Source of the DNA: Candidatus Aldehydirespirator sp.
GTDB lineage: Bacteria > Actinomycetota > Acidimicrobiia > Acidimicrobiales > Aldehydirespiratoraceae
DNA: 64,000 bases
Direction: 5' to 3'
NCBI GenBank assembly: GCA_965221605.1
Contig: CBDCSK010000014.1
Location: forward strand, 241,776-305,775
Each line of letters starts with the position of its first letter. Position 1 is the first letter of the stretch. Below the pieces are notes generated by a model. The model worked only from the letters and a program-made list of their open reading frames with translations, did no database searches and had not been told where the DNA came from. The position numbers were made by a program, and so were the translations under genes. Positions 56,029 to 64,000 of the stretch are shown piece by piece.

Positions 56029-57597
56029 TCACTCCCATTCGATGGTGGCGGGGGGCTTGGAGGTGATGTCGTAGACCACCCGGTTCACGCCGGGGACCTC
56101 GGCGATCACCCGGCTGCTCATGGCCTCCAGCACGTCGTGGGGCAGCCGGGCCCAGTCGGCGGTCATGGCGTCGGAACTGGTGACGGCCCGGATCACCACC
56201 GGGCGCCCGTAGGTGCGCTCGTCCCCCATCACACCCACCGTGCGGATGTCGGGCAGCACCGCGAACGACTGCCAGATCTCGCGCTCCAGGCCGGCGTTGC
56301 GCAACTCCTCCCGCACGATGGCGTCAGCGTGGCGCAGGGTGCCGGCCGCCTCGGGCGTGACCTCGCCGATGATGCGCACCGCCAGGCCGGGGCCCGGGAA
56401 CGGCTGGCGGTACACGATCTCGTCGGGCAGGCCCAGCTCCTCGCCCACGGCCCGAACCTCGTCCTTGAACAGCAGCCGCAGCGGCTCGACCAGCTCGAAG
56501 TCCAGGTCGTCGGGCAGCCCGCCCACGTTGTGGTGGCTCTTGATGGTGGACGAGTGGGTGGTCGCCCCCGACTCGATCACGTCGGGGTACAGCGTTCCCT
56601 GCACCAGGAAGCCGGCATCAGGAACCCGGTGGCGGGCCCGCTCGAAGGCCCTGATGAACTGCTCGCCCACGATCTTGCGCTTGGTCTCGGGCTCGGTGAT
56701 CCCCGTCAGAGCGCTGAAGAACTCGGTGGCCGCGTCGACCCGCACCAAGTCGATCCCGAAGTGACGGCCGAAGGTCTCCTCCACCTGATCGGCCTCGCCG
56801 AGACGCAGCAGGCCGGTGTCCACCAGCACGCATGTGAGCTGGTCGCCGATGGCCCGATGCGCCAGGGCGGCGGCCACCGCCGAGTCCACGCCCCCCGAGA
56901 GCCCGCAGATGGCGCGGCCCTCGCCGACCTGGTCACGGACCGAGGCCACCGAGGTGTCGATGATCGAGTCCATCGACCAGCTAGGCCCGGCGGCGCAGCC
57001 GCGCCGCAGGAACCGCTCGATCACCTGGAGTCCGTGAGGCGTGTGCTGCACTTCGGGATGGAACTGCACGCCGTAGAGGCCGCGGCCCGGATCCTCGAAC
57101 GCGGCCACCGGCGAGGCCGCCGTGGACGCGGTGACGGCTGCGCCCGGCGGCGGGTCGACGATGGCGTCGAAATGGCTCATCCACACCGGCTGTAACGCCG
57201 GGAGGTCCGACAGCAACGTCCCGCCGTGGTGGGCGACAGTCATCTCGGCCCGGCCGTACTCGCCCCGCTCGTTGGGCCCGACCGAGCCGCCGAGCTGCTC
57301 GGCGATGAGCTGGGCGCCGTAGCAGATGCCAAGAACAGGGACGCCGAGTCGGTAGATGTCGGGGTCGAGGCTGGGCGCCCCGTCAACGTGCACGGAAGCG
57401 GGGCCGCCGCTGAGGATCACGCCTGCCGGCCGGCGGGCGGCGACCTCGGCCGCGGTGATCGAGGAGGGCACGATCTCGCTGTACACCTCGCACTCGCGCA
57501 CCCGCCGGGCGATCAGCTGCGCGTACTGGGCGCCGAAGTCGACCACCAGAACTGTGTCGAACCCGCGGCCGGTGACCGCCGCGGTGCCGGCGGTCAC
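56029..57597 (-). CDS. guaA: GMP synthase (glutamine-hydrolysing)
   Basis: [48 protein letters not shown]. Confidence 0.98.
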   Translation of the reverse strand: MTAGTAAVTGRGFDTVLVVDFGAQYAQLIARRVRECEVYSEIVPSSITAAEVAARRPAGVILSGGPASVHVDGAPSLDPDIYRLGVPVLGICYGAQLIAEQLGGSVGPNERGEYGRAEMTVAHHGGTLLSDLPALQPVWMSHFDAIVDPPPGAAVTASTAASPVAAFEDPGRGLYGVQFHPEVQHTPHGLQVIERFLRRGCAAGPSWSMDSIIDTSVASVRDQVGEGRAICGLSGGVDSAVAAALAHRAIGDQLTCVLVDTGLLRLGEADQVEETFGRHFGIDLVRVDAATEFFSALTGITEPETKRKIVGEQFIRAFERARHRVPDAGFLVQGTLYPDVIESGATTHSSTIKSHHNVGGLPDDLDFELVEPLRLLFKDEVRAVGEELGLPDEIVYRQPFPGPGLAVRIIGEVTPEAAGTLRHADAIVREELRNAGLEREIWQSFAVLPDIRTVGVMGDERTYGRPVVIRAVTSSDAMTADWARLPHDVLEAMSSRVIAEVPGVNRVVYDITSKPPATIEWE

Positions 57598-58703
57598 GGC
57601 GAGACGATCGCGACCGCGGCCCGCTGGAAGTCCTTCACGTCGGTGTAGCCGCACTTGGCCAGCGACGTCCGCAGCCCGCCCATCATGTTGGTGGTGCCCT
57701 CGGGATCGAGAGCCGGGCCGTGGAGGATCTCCGCCAGCGTGCCGTGCGGCTCGACGTCGGTGATCCGGCCTCGTGGCAGCGTCGGGTGGCCGGCCGACAG
57801 GTCCCAGTGCCGGCCCGGGCAGGGTGAGTCCGATGCCAACGCCAGCGGCAGGCCCAGCATCACGGCGTCGGCGCCGCACACGACGGCCTTGGCGATGTCG
57901 CCCGCGGTGCGCATGGCTCCGTCGGCGATCACATGGCAGTACACCCCGGTCTCGTCGAGGTGGCGCATGCGGGCGGCGCGGGCATCGGCGATGGCGGTGG
58001 CCTGGGGGGCGTCGAGTCCCAGCACATGGCGGCTGGTGCCGACATGGCCCGAACCGGCCCCGACCAGCACCCCGGCGGCTCCAGTACGCATCAGGTGCAG
58101 GGCAGCCTGGTAGCTCACGCAGCCACCGACGATCACCGGGGTGTGCATGCGGCGGATGAACGTCTTGAGGTTGAGTGGATCGGCAACCGAGGACACATGC
58201 TCGGCCGACACGATCGTGCCCGAGATGACCAGCAGATCGATCTCGGCGCCGGTGGCGTGAGGGGCCAGCTCGACCGCCCGCTGGGGCCGGACCCGGCCCG
58301 CGGTGCGGACCCCGGTCTCGGCGATCTCCGCGATGCGGGTTGCCACCAACTCGGGCTGGATCGGGCGGGAGTAGAGCTCGCGCAGACGGCTGGCCGCGGT
58401 GTCCAGCGGCATGTCGCCCAGCTCGGCCAGTTCGGAGGCGGGGTCTTCGCAGCGGGTCCACACACCCTCAAGATCGAGCACCCCGATCCCGCCGAGTTCA
58501 CCCATCTGCACCGCAGTGGCCGGGCTGGTGACGCTGTCGGTGGAGGCAGCCAGCACGGGGATGTCGAAGCGGTAGGCGTCGATCTGCCACGAGATGTCGA
58601 CGTCGGAGGGGTCGCGGGTGCGCCGGCTGGGGATGATGGCGATCTCATCGAGCCGGTAGGCGCGGCGGCCGGACTTGCCCAACCCGATCTCTGTCTCAGC
58701 CAT
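57594..58703 (-). CDS. guaB3: GuaB3 family IMP dehydrogenase-related protein
   Basis: [42 protein letters not shown]. Confidence 0.9.
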   Translation of the reverse strand: MAETEIGLGKSGRRAYRLDEIAIIPSRRTRDPSDVDISWQIDAYRFDIPVLAASTDSVTSPATAVQMGELGGIGVLDLEGVWTRCEDPASELAELGDMPLDTAASRLRELYSRPIQPELVATRIAEIAETGVRTAGRVRPQRAVELAPHATGAEIDLLVISGTIVSAEHVSSVADPLNLKTFIRRMHTPVIVGGCVSYQAALHLMRTGAAGVLVGAGSGHVGTSRHVLGLDAPQATAIADARAARMRHLDETGVYCHVIADGAMRTAGDIAKAVVCGADAVMLGLPLALASDSPCPGRHWDLSAGHPTLPRGRITDVEPHGTLAEILHGPALDPEGTTNMMGGLRTSLAKCGYTDVKDFQRAAVAIVSP

Positions 58704-58743
58704 GGCGGCGCCTCTGGTGCCGGAATCCGGGCACCGGGTGAGC

Positions 58744-59466
58744 CTATCCGGCGCCCACTCCCGCGATCGTGATCGTCAGCAGCCGGCGCAGCACGGCCGC
58801 GGTGGCCCCCCACACCGTGTCGCCCGGCAGCTCGAAGAAGGTCATGGCACGCTCGCCTCCGAATGCCTCGCCCAGCGACCAGACCTCCTCCCGCCAGGTG
58901 TCGGGGTGGGTCAGCTCCGACAGCGGGACGTGCAGCACTCGCTCCACCTCGGCCGGGTCGGGCACCAGCTCAGGACGCCGCTCGACCGTGGCCACGAACG
59001 GGCACACCAGCGAACGCGACCCCACAGTGACGAAGGTGTCGAGCGCTCCGACCAGCCGGGCCGTGCCGGGATCCAGGCTGATCTCCTCGGACGCCTCCCG
59101 CACCGCAGTGGCCCACAGGTCGTCGTCGCCCGGCTCGCGCCTGCCGCCGGGGAACGACACCTCGCCCGCGTGGTGGCGCAGGTGCCAGGCCCGCCGGGTG
59201 AGCACCACCCACGGCTCGCCGCCGTGCTCGTAGAGCAGGACCAGCACCCCCGACGGCGCCGATCCCGGTGGAACCGTCGCCCGCGACGCGATGTGGGTCG
59301 GCACGGTGGTCTCAACCGCATCGCGGACCTGAGCCAAGCTCGGGCAGCGTTGTGCATCCGGCAGCCCCGCCCACGGGGCAAGCCCTCCGAGACGCACGTT
59401 CGCGGGTCGGGGGATGTGCTGGGACCCGTCCCTGCCAGCAGGAGGACTCGGCGGCTCGAAGACCAC
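58744..59466 (-). CDS. Nudix CoA pyrophosphatase
   Basis: LTRR..HLRHHAGEVSFPGG...TAVREASEEI, VWGATA. Start uncertain (GTG 59466 or CTG 59493). Confidence 0.88.
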   Translation of the reverse strand: MVFEPPSPPAGRDGSQHIPRPANVRLGGLAPWAGLPDAQRCPSLAQVRDAVETTVPTHIASRATVPPGSAPSGVLVLLYEHGGEPWVVLTRRAWHLRHHAGEVSFPGGRREPGDDDLWATAVREASEEISLDPGTARLVGALDTFVTVGSRSLVCPFVATVERRPELVPDPAEVERVLHVPLSELTHPDTWREEVWSLGEAFGGERAMTFFELPGDTVWGATAAVLRRLLTITIAGVGAG

Positions 59467-59489
59467 CGTCGTCGATACAGCCGGCTCGA

Positions 59490-59654
59490 TCAGGACTCGT
59501 CCCCGCCGCCCGCGGCCCCGGCGAGGTCCCGGAGGAGGTCGCGTAGCCCGCCGGTCTTGAGGTCGCTCATCACCCGGCCGGGCGGGGTCTCGCCCCGCTC
59601 CCACTCCTCCCAGTGGTCCAGCAGCTTGCGCGGGTCCGGCGCGGGACGATCCAT
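59490..59654 (-). CDS. Small hypothetical protein (54 aa, below the ORF-track cutoff)
   Basis: MDRPAPDPRKLLDHWEEWERGETPPGRVMSDLKTGGLRDLL...; strong GC3 bias; directly upstream of the Nudix gene. Confidence 0.65.
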   Translation of the reverse strand: MDRPAPDPRKLLDHWEEWERGETPPGRVMSDLKTGGLRDLLRDLAGAAGGGDES

Positions 59655-59725
59655 CCCGGTGAGGCTACCGGTGCCGCTCGGAGTCGAGAGTTGCAGATCC
59701 CGGCGGGTGCTTGCATAATGAAAGC

Positions 59726-60019
59726 ATGCCTCATGTGCTTGTTCGAGACGTCCCTGAGGACGTCCACCGCAAGCTCACTCAGCGCGCCCGCGCCAACGGA
59801 ACCTCCCTTCAGCGCTACCTATCGTCTGAGCTGGCCAGGCTGGCCGAGACTCCGACCCTTGACGAGATCATCGCCCGGATCGAGCAGAACTCGGGCGGCC
59901 GTGTCGGATTCGCGCAGGCGGTCACCGACCTCGACGAGATCAGAACCGAACGCGACCAGGTCCTGCACGAGAGGTTCGAGGCGTTGGATGCACGCGAAGA
60001 CAGAGGACCGCGGCACTGA
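59726..60019 (+). CDS. FitA-like RHH antitoxin
   Basis: MPHVLVRDVPEDVHRKL..RA...GTSLQRYL; upstream of a PIN toxin. Confidence 0.88.
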   Translation: MPHVLVRDVPEDVHRKLTQRARANGTSLQRYLSSELARLAETPTLDEIIARIEQNSGGRVGFAQAVTDLDEIRTERDQVLHERFEALDAREDRGPRH

Positions 60020-60417
60020 TTGTCGTGGACGCCTCTGTACTGGCCAACTTTCTCGCCGAGGACGGACGAGCTGGTCGTGTCGCCCGGGCCGCGGTGAGCC
60101 GCGCCGAGGAGGTCTCGTTGCCGGACGTGGCCGATGTCGAGACGGCGGCGGTGCTCCGGAAGCGCTGGATCGCGAGGAGTCTCACGGACGAGCGCTTCGC
60201 CACTGCCCTGGCCACCCTGGCTGACTTGCCGTTTCAGCGGCATCCGGCTTTGACGATGCTGCAACGGGCGTACGAGTTGCGAGCCACCGTGACCGTCTAC
60301 GACGCCGTGTACGTCGCCTTGGCCGAGTTTCTGGGCTGCCCCCTCCTCACCGCCGACGCCCGGCTGGCCAAGGCTCCCGGACCGCGATGCGACATCCGGC
60401 TGCTGAGCCCGGCGTGA
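60016..60417 (+). CDS. VapC PIN-domain toxin
   Basis: IVVDAS, TVYDAVYVALAE, LLTADARL. Start is CTG 60016 (overlapping the antitoxin stop) or GTG 60025. Confidence 0.9.
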   Translation: MIVVDASVLANFLAEDGRAGRVARAAVSRAEEVSLPDVADVETAAVLRKRWIARSLTDERFATALATLADLPFQRHPALTMLQRAYELRATVTVYDAVYVALAEFLGCPLLTADARLAKAPGPRCDIRLLSPA

Positions 60418-60555
60418 CCGTCGGAATCGAAGAGCAAGCCCGCCCCCGCTCTCATCCTTCTGCCCGTGGGCCAAGGGATCCAGGTCAGGCCGTCCTCTCA
60501 TCATCGCGTCGACGTGCGTGACCCGAGTCGTCTCAGCTCGTGTTCGATAGCCGTC

Positions 60556-60693
60556 TTCGCGTCATGTTGCCTATAGCTCATACTGCTGCGAACTCGCCAT
60601 GATGGTCGGCTCACATGGCAACCTTTCGCGTCATGTTGCCTATGGCTCATACTGCTGCGAACTCGCCATGATGGTCGGCTCACATGGTAACCC
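60556..60693. repeat. 69-bp tandem duplication (2 copies)
   Basis: TTCGCGTCATGTTGCCTAT...CACATGGYAACC at 60556 and 60625, with about 3 mismatches. Confidence 0.9.
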
Positions 60694-60774
60694 TTGGCAG
60701 CCAACGCTCATTGAAGGTTGGGAGGGCTCAAGGGAGAAGGGGCGACTCTCGCGGTCAGGCACGGCCGGGCGAAC

Positions 60775-62379
60775 CTAACCCAATGCCTCTCGGACGGCGT
60801 CCCGCAGATGCTGTGGAGGCCCTGAGCCGTCCACCAGGCACCCCAAGAACCCGTCGGCGTCGAAGTACTGGAAGTCGTCGCCGTAAGCGTGGTGCTGCGG
60901 GTCGTAGTACCCGTCGTCCCAGAGGAACTCGCCCTCATGCCATCCGGACCGGTGGTAGGTGATGCCGCGGGTGACCATCACCATCGTGTCAGCAAGCAAC
61001 TCCCCCCGGAACCGCTCATCTGACATTCCGTCGCGGCGGCACCCGAGGTAGTGGTTGTGGAACCTAGAGCGCGCGTCCTCCCAGGCCGAACCAGCAAACC
61101 CCCGCCACCAAAGATCCTCCCAGATGTGACCTAGCTCGTGCAGCAGCACATCCTCAACGCGGTGCGGTGCCGAGCGCAACACGTCCAGGGTGAACCAGAT
61201 CTGTGGAGGCTCCCCCACGGGACCACCGGTCACTGCGCAGGCCAACGCGTCGCACCCGTGAGGCAGGCGGGGGTCATAGAACTGCACTTCGGCGGCATCC
61301 CAGGCTGTTCGCACCCACGGCCAGGACTGCTCATAGTGCAAGATCACGTCAAACAGCAGCTCGGCGCTCTGGGCGAACACGTTGGGATGGACCCGCAGTT
61401 GCATCACGCGGTCTTCGGCCTGGCTCAGTGCTTCGCTCAGGGCGCGTCCGTCCCGGGTCTGTAGCGCCGCCTCCCACACCTCGGTTCTAGTGGCCTCGTG
61501 CACCACGTCGACCTCCGCCGCCGCCAGTAGTTCATCGACGAAAGCGAACCACTCCAAGTCCGCCTCCGCCGCCCTCAGTTCCGACTTGATCGCCGATTCC
61601 TCGTGTTCGCCTGTACTAGCTGGTTGCGGCCCGTCGGAGATGATGATGAACACCTCCAGCCCGGCCGACACCGGGAAGCCGTGCGGCGGGTCGGTGTCGA
61701 TGATCTCCCCCTCCGGGACCTCGCTCGACGGCTCCCGCCGCTCCGCGACCCGGAACCCCTGACCGATGAGCGTCTGGATCGCATCGAAGGGCGACTGTCC
61801 CCGGACGTCGGGCACGAAGATCTGTCCCGGGCCGGTGGAGACGGTGATCGTCACCACCAGGTCGCCCTCGGTGATCTCGGTGCCGGAGGCGGGCTCCTGG
61901 AAGACCACGGTGCCGGCCTCGGCCTGGCTGGGGCCTTCGATCACGATGACACCGAAGCCGGCGTTCCTGAGCAACTCCTCGGCGTCGACCCGGTTGCGGC
62001 CCCGCACCGACGGCACCCTGGGAATCTCACCCTGGCTGACGGTCAGGGCCACGATGCCCTCCTCGGCGATGCGCTGGCCCGCGGGCGGGCTCTGCGCGAA
62101 GACCGTGTTCTCGGGCTGCTCGATGTTGACCTGGTAGCTCGGCTCCGGCTGCAACCCGAGGGCCCGTAGCTGGGCGTCGGCCTCTCCGTAGCTGAGCCCG
62201 ATCACATCGGGCACTTCCACCAGCACCGCCTCCGTCCTGATCACGCGCGAGGGTTGGCTTGACGTCGCGGTGACATCATCCCCATGAATCCTCGGCCAGT
62301 AGTGCATGACCGTTCCTGTCGTGGCCAAACCGACGAAGGGGCTGGCAACTAACACGACTCCGACCACCAAGGCCCTCAC
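60775..62379 (-). CDS. PASTA-domain protein with a C-terminal HEXXH zincin-like domain
   Basis: Hydrophobic N-terminus; three PASTA repeats (VPDVIG, VPSVRG, VPDVRG); LLHELGH...ELLAD. Confidence 0.75.
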   Translation of the reverse strand: MRALVVGVVLVASPFVGLATTGTVMHYWPRIHGDDVTATSSQPSRVIRTEAVLVEVPDVIGLSYGEADAQLRALGLQPEPSYQVNIEQPENTVFAQSPPAGQRIAEEGIVALTVSQGEIPRVPSVRGRNRVDAEELLRNAGFGVIVIEGPSQAEAGTVVFQEPASGTEITEGDLVVTITVSTGPGQIFVPDVRGQSPFDAIQTLIGQGFRVAERREPSSEVPEGEIIDTDPPHGFPVSAGLEVFIIISDGPQPASTGEHEESAIKSELRAAEADLEWFAFVDELLAAAEVDVVHEATRTEVWEAALQTRDGRALSEALSQAEDRVMQLRVHPNVFAQSAELLFDVILHYEQSWPWVRTAWDAAEVQFYDPRLPHGCDALACAVTGGPVGEPPQIWFTLDVLRSAPHRVEDVLLHELGHIWEDLWWRGFAGSAWEDARSRFHNHYLGCRRDGMSDERFRGELLADTMVMVTRGITYHRSGWHEGEFLWDDGYYDPQHHAYGDDFQYFDADGFLGCLVDGSGPPQHLRDAVREALG

Positions 62380-62552
62380 AGGTCTCGCAGGCTATCGGGC
62401 GTGCAAGAACGGAAAGAAACGTGCTGTCCAAAGGTACCCAAGCGTTAGCGCCGTCGCCGCTTCAGCCGCGGGGGTGCGCGAGCCCGCTAAGGCGGCTGTG
62501 CCAGAATGCGGAGCGTGCCCGCCCAAGCCCGCCCAATTGCCGCGACCCGCCC

Positions 62553-64000
62553 ATGAGCGCGGGCGACGGTGTCACCGTAGAGACCGCGCTGAACTTTCAG
62601 GTAGCGGAACATCTGCGAAGGTTCGGGTTGGACGCGGAAGCCGAGCAGCGCAATGTGGTCGACCCAGAGCGGCGACAGCACCAGGTCGATGTCCTTGTCG
62701 AGTTAGAGGACGAGTGCGTCGCCATAGAGGCGGAGTTCGCTCCCGCACGGGATGTCGAGAAGGACGCCTTGAAGCGTCTGCCCACCAATCGCCGCTTGCT
62801 GTGGCGGGGTCGCCCGATCACCAGAGCTTTCACGCTCGTGTATCCGAACGACTACCGGAACCTCGCTGTCAGCGTCAGCACGAGACAGCTAGAAGCATGC
62901 GAGACCTTGAGATTCAAGGAGATCACGCGCCAGCGTAAGATCATTAGGTTCGGCGGGGAGCAGATCGGAACGGTCCGCGATCTGTCAGATCTGCTCTTGA
63001 ATTACTGGACTCAGGCTCGCAGGCCAGCAGCCGTCGATCAAGTCGTCGCGACAGCGTCCGAAGCGATAGCCGCATCTGCGGTCATCCTGAAGGCTGACCC
63101 GTACATCCAGCAGCCCCATGATGACTCCGACCCGGCGGCGACCTGCGCTCTGGTGTGGTTGAACGCGCTCTTGTTCCAAGAGCTTCTAGCCGCGAACCTA
63201 TCTCCCTCGAGCATGCCCGTCGCCCACCAGGGCAAGTCCATACCTGTGCCGTCGAAGGAAGCCAGCGTCACTGAGACGCTCGCCGAGTGGACCTACATCC
63301 TGAGCATCAACTGGTATCCGATATTCGATCTAGCCAAGACAGCGCTCAGCAGGGTCTCTACCGCGCGAGCGCATCAGGTGTTGAGTATTCTGAGGGAATG
63401 CGCCAGCGGCATGGCGCAGGATCAAGTCATCAAGCAACACGACATCGCTGGTCGGGTGTTCCATCGGTTGTTGAACAGCCGCAAGTACCTCGCCACCAAC
63501 TACACGACCATTCCTGCTGCTGTGATGCTCGCCGGTTTGGCGTTCGGATCGCCCAACGGACCGCTCGCCTCGAGGTCGACTCGCGACACCGAAGCGCTGG
63601 CCGACGGGTTGCGGATCGTTGATCCAGCCTGTGGCAGCGGCACGCTGCTCATGGCAGCGTTGCAGGAAGTGCTCAAGGCCTGCCGCTCCAGCACTTCCGG
63701 CTCTCAGGCACCGGACATGAAACCGATCCTCGAACGCAGCCTGTACGGGTACGACGTAGTGCCAGGCGCGGAACATCTCACCAATACCACGCTGTCGATG
63801 GCAGAGACATCCCGAGTGCTCTCAGGCATCCATATCTACACCGTCCCCCATGACGTAGAGCCAACAACGAAGGTCCCGCGACTGGGCAGCCTTGACTTCT
63901 TGCGCCGAGCGCCGAACCATGAGTCTGTGGTTGCGATGGAGATGTTCCCTTCTGGGTCCACTGCTACCCGCAGTCAGATGAGTGGCGAGAAGCGCAAGGA
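62553..64000 (+). CDS. Type IIG-like fused restriction endonuclease/N6-methyltransferase (runs off the window)
   Basis: Open frame from ATG 62553, absent from the ORF track. QVDVLVE...AIEAEF nuclease-like motif, HDIAGRVFHRL, ATNYT, IVDPACGSGTLL (SAM binding), LYGYDV, RLGSLDFL. Confidence 0.85.
   Translation, partial: MSAGDGVTVETALNFQVAEHLRRFGLDAEAEQRNVVDPERRQHQVDVLVELEDECVAIEAEFAPARDVEKDALKRLPTNRRLLWRGRPITRAFTLVYPNDYRNLAVSVSTRQLEACETLRFKEITRQRKIIRFGGEQIGTVRDLSDLLLNYWTQARRPAAVDQVVATASEAIAASAVILKADPYIQQPHDDSDPAATCALVWLNALLFQELLAANLSPSSMPVAHQGKSIPVPSKEASVTETLAEWTYILSINWYPIFDLAKTALSRVSTARAHQVLSILRECASGMAQDQVIKQHDIAGRVFHRLLNSRKYLATNYTTIPAAVMLAGLAFGSPNGPLASRSTRDTEALADGLRIVDPACGSGTLLMAALQEVLKACRSSTSGSQAPDMKPILERSLYGYDVVPGAEHLTNTTLSMAETSRVLSGIHIYTVPHDVEPTTKVPRLGSLDFLRRAPNHESVVAMEMFPSGSTATRSQMSGEKRK

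Noticed and set aside
57598-58461. 810-aa fused guaA ORF
   Set aside because: The upstream part is an alternative frame of guaB3; guaA starts at GTG 57597.
60556-60693. Possible mini-CRISPR
   Set aside because: The two units abut with no unique spacer; this is a plain tandem duplication.

Overview
High-GC actinobacterial chromosome segment. The gene set (guaB3-guaA, F420-type LLM enzymes, sucCD-purH, pcrA) suggests Acidimicrobiia, possibly host-associated; this is inference. Core genes are the ileS 3' end, nrdAB with two NrdR boxes, purH, sucCD, an AlaX editing protein, pcrA, guaA and guaB3. A ~37-kb accessory catabolic region (about 8.8-45.6 kb) encodes Liv-type and ProW/X-type transporters, a MarR regulator, an aromatic amino acid decarboxylase, HpaD/E/G-like enzymes, gamma-glutamylation enzymes, two P450s, three LLM enzymes, TauD and a homocysteine methyltransferase. 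Defence and selfish elements are dense: two divergent mazEF pairs plus a remnant, two vapBC pairs, a HEPN Abi-like gene preceded by hairpins, a TA pair whose antitoxin is fused to a nuclease-like domain, a Fic gene with a ~91-bp periodic upstream array, an IS630 and a partial type IIG RM gene. The most notable item is a 6.1-kb island bounded by a 10-bp direct repeat. It carries an XamI-like (m6A) and an HgiDII-like (m5C, GHKL ATPase) restriction-modification system, and the prototypes of both recognise GTCGAC. A ~97-bp repeat occurs four times. No tRNA, rRNA or CRISPR array was seen. All family assignments come from motif recognition by eye, without database searches.
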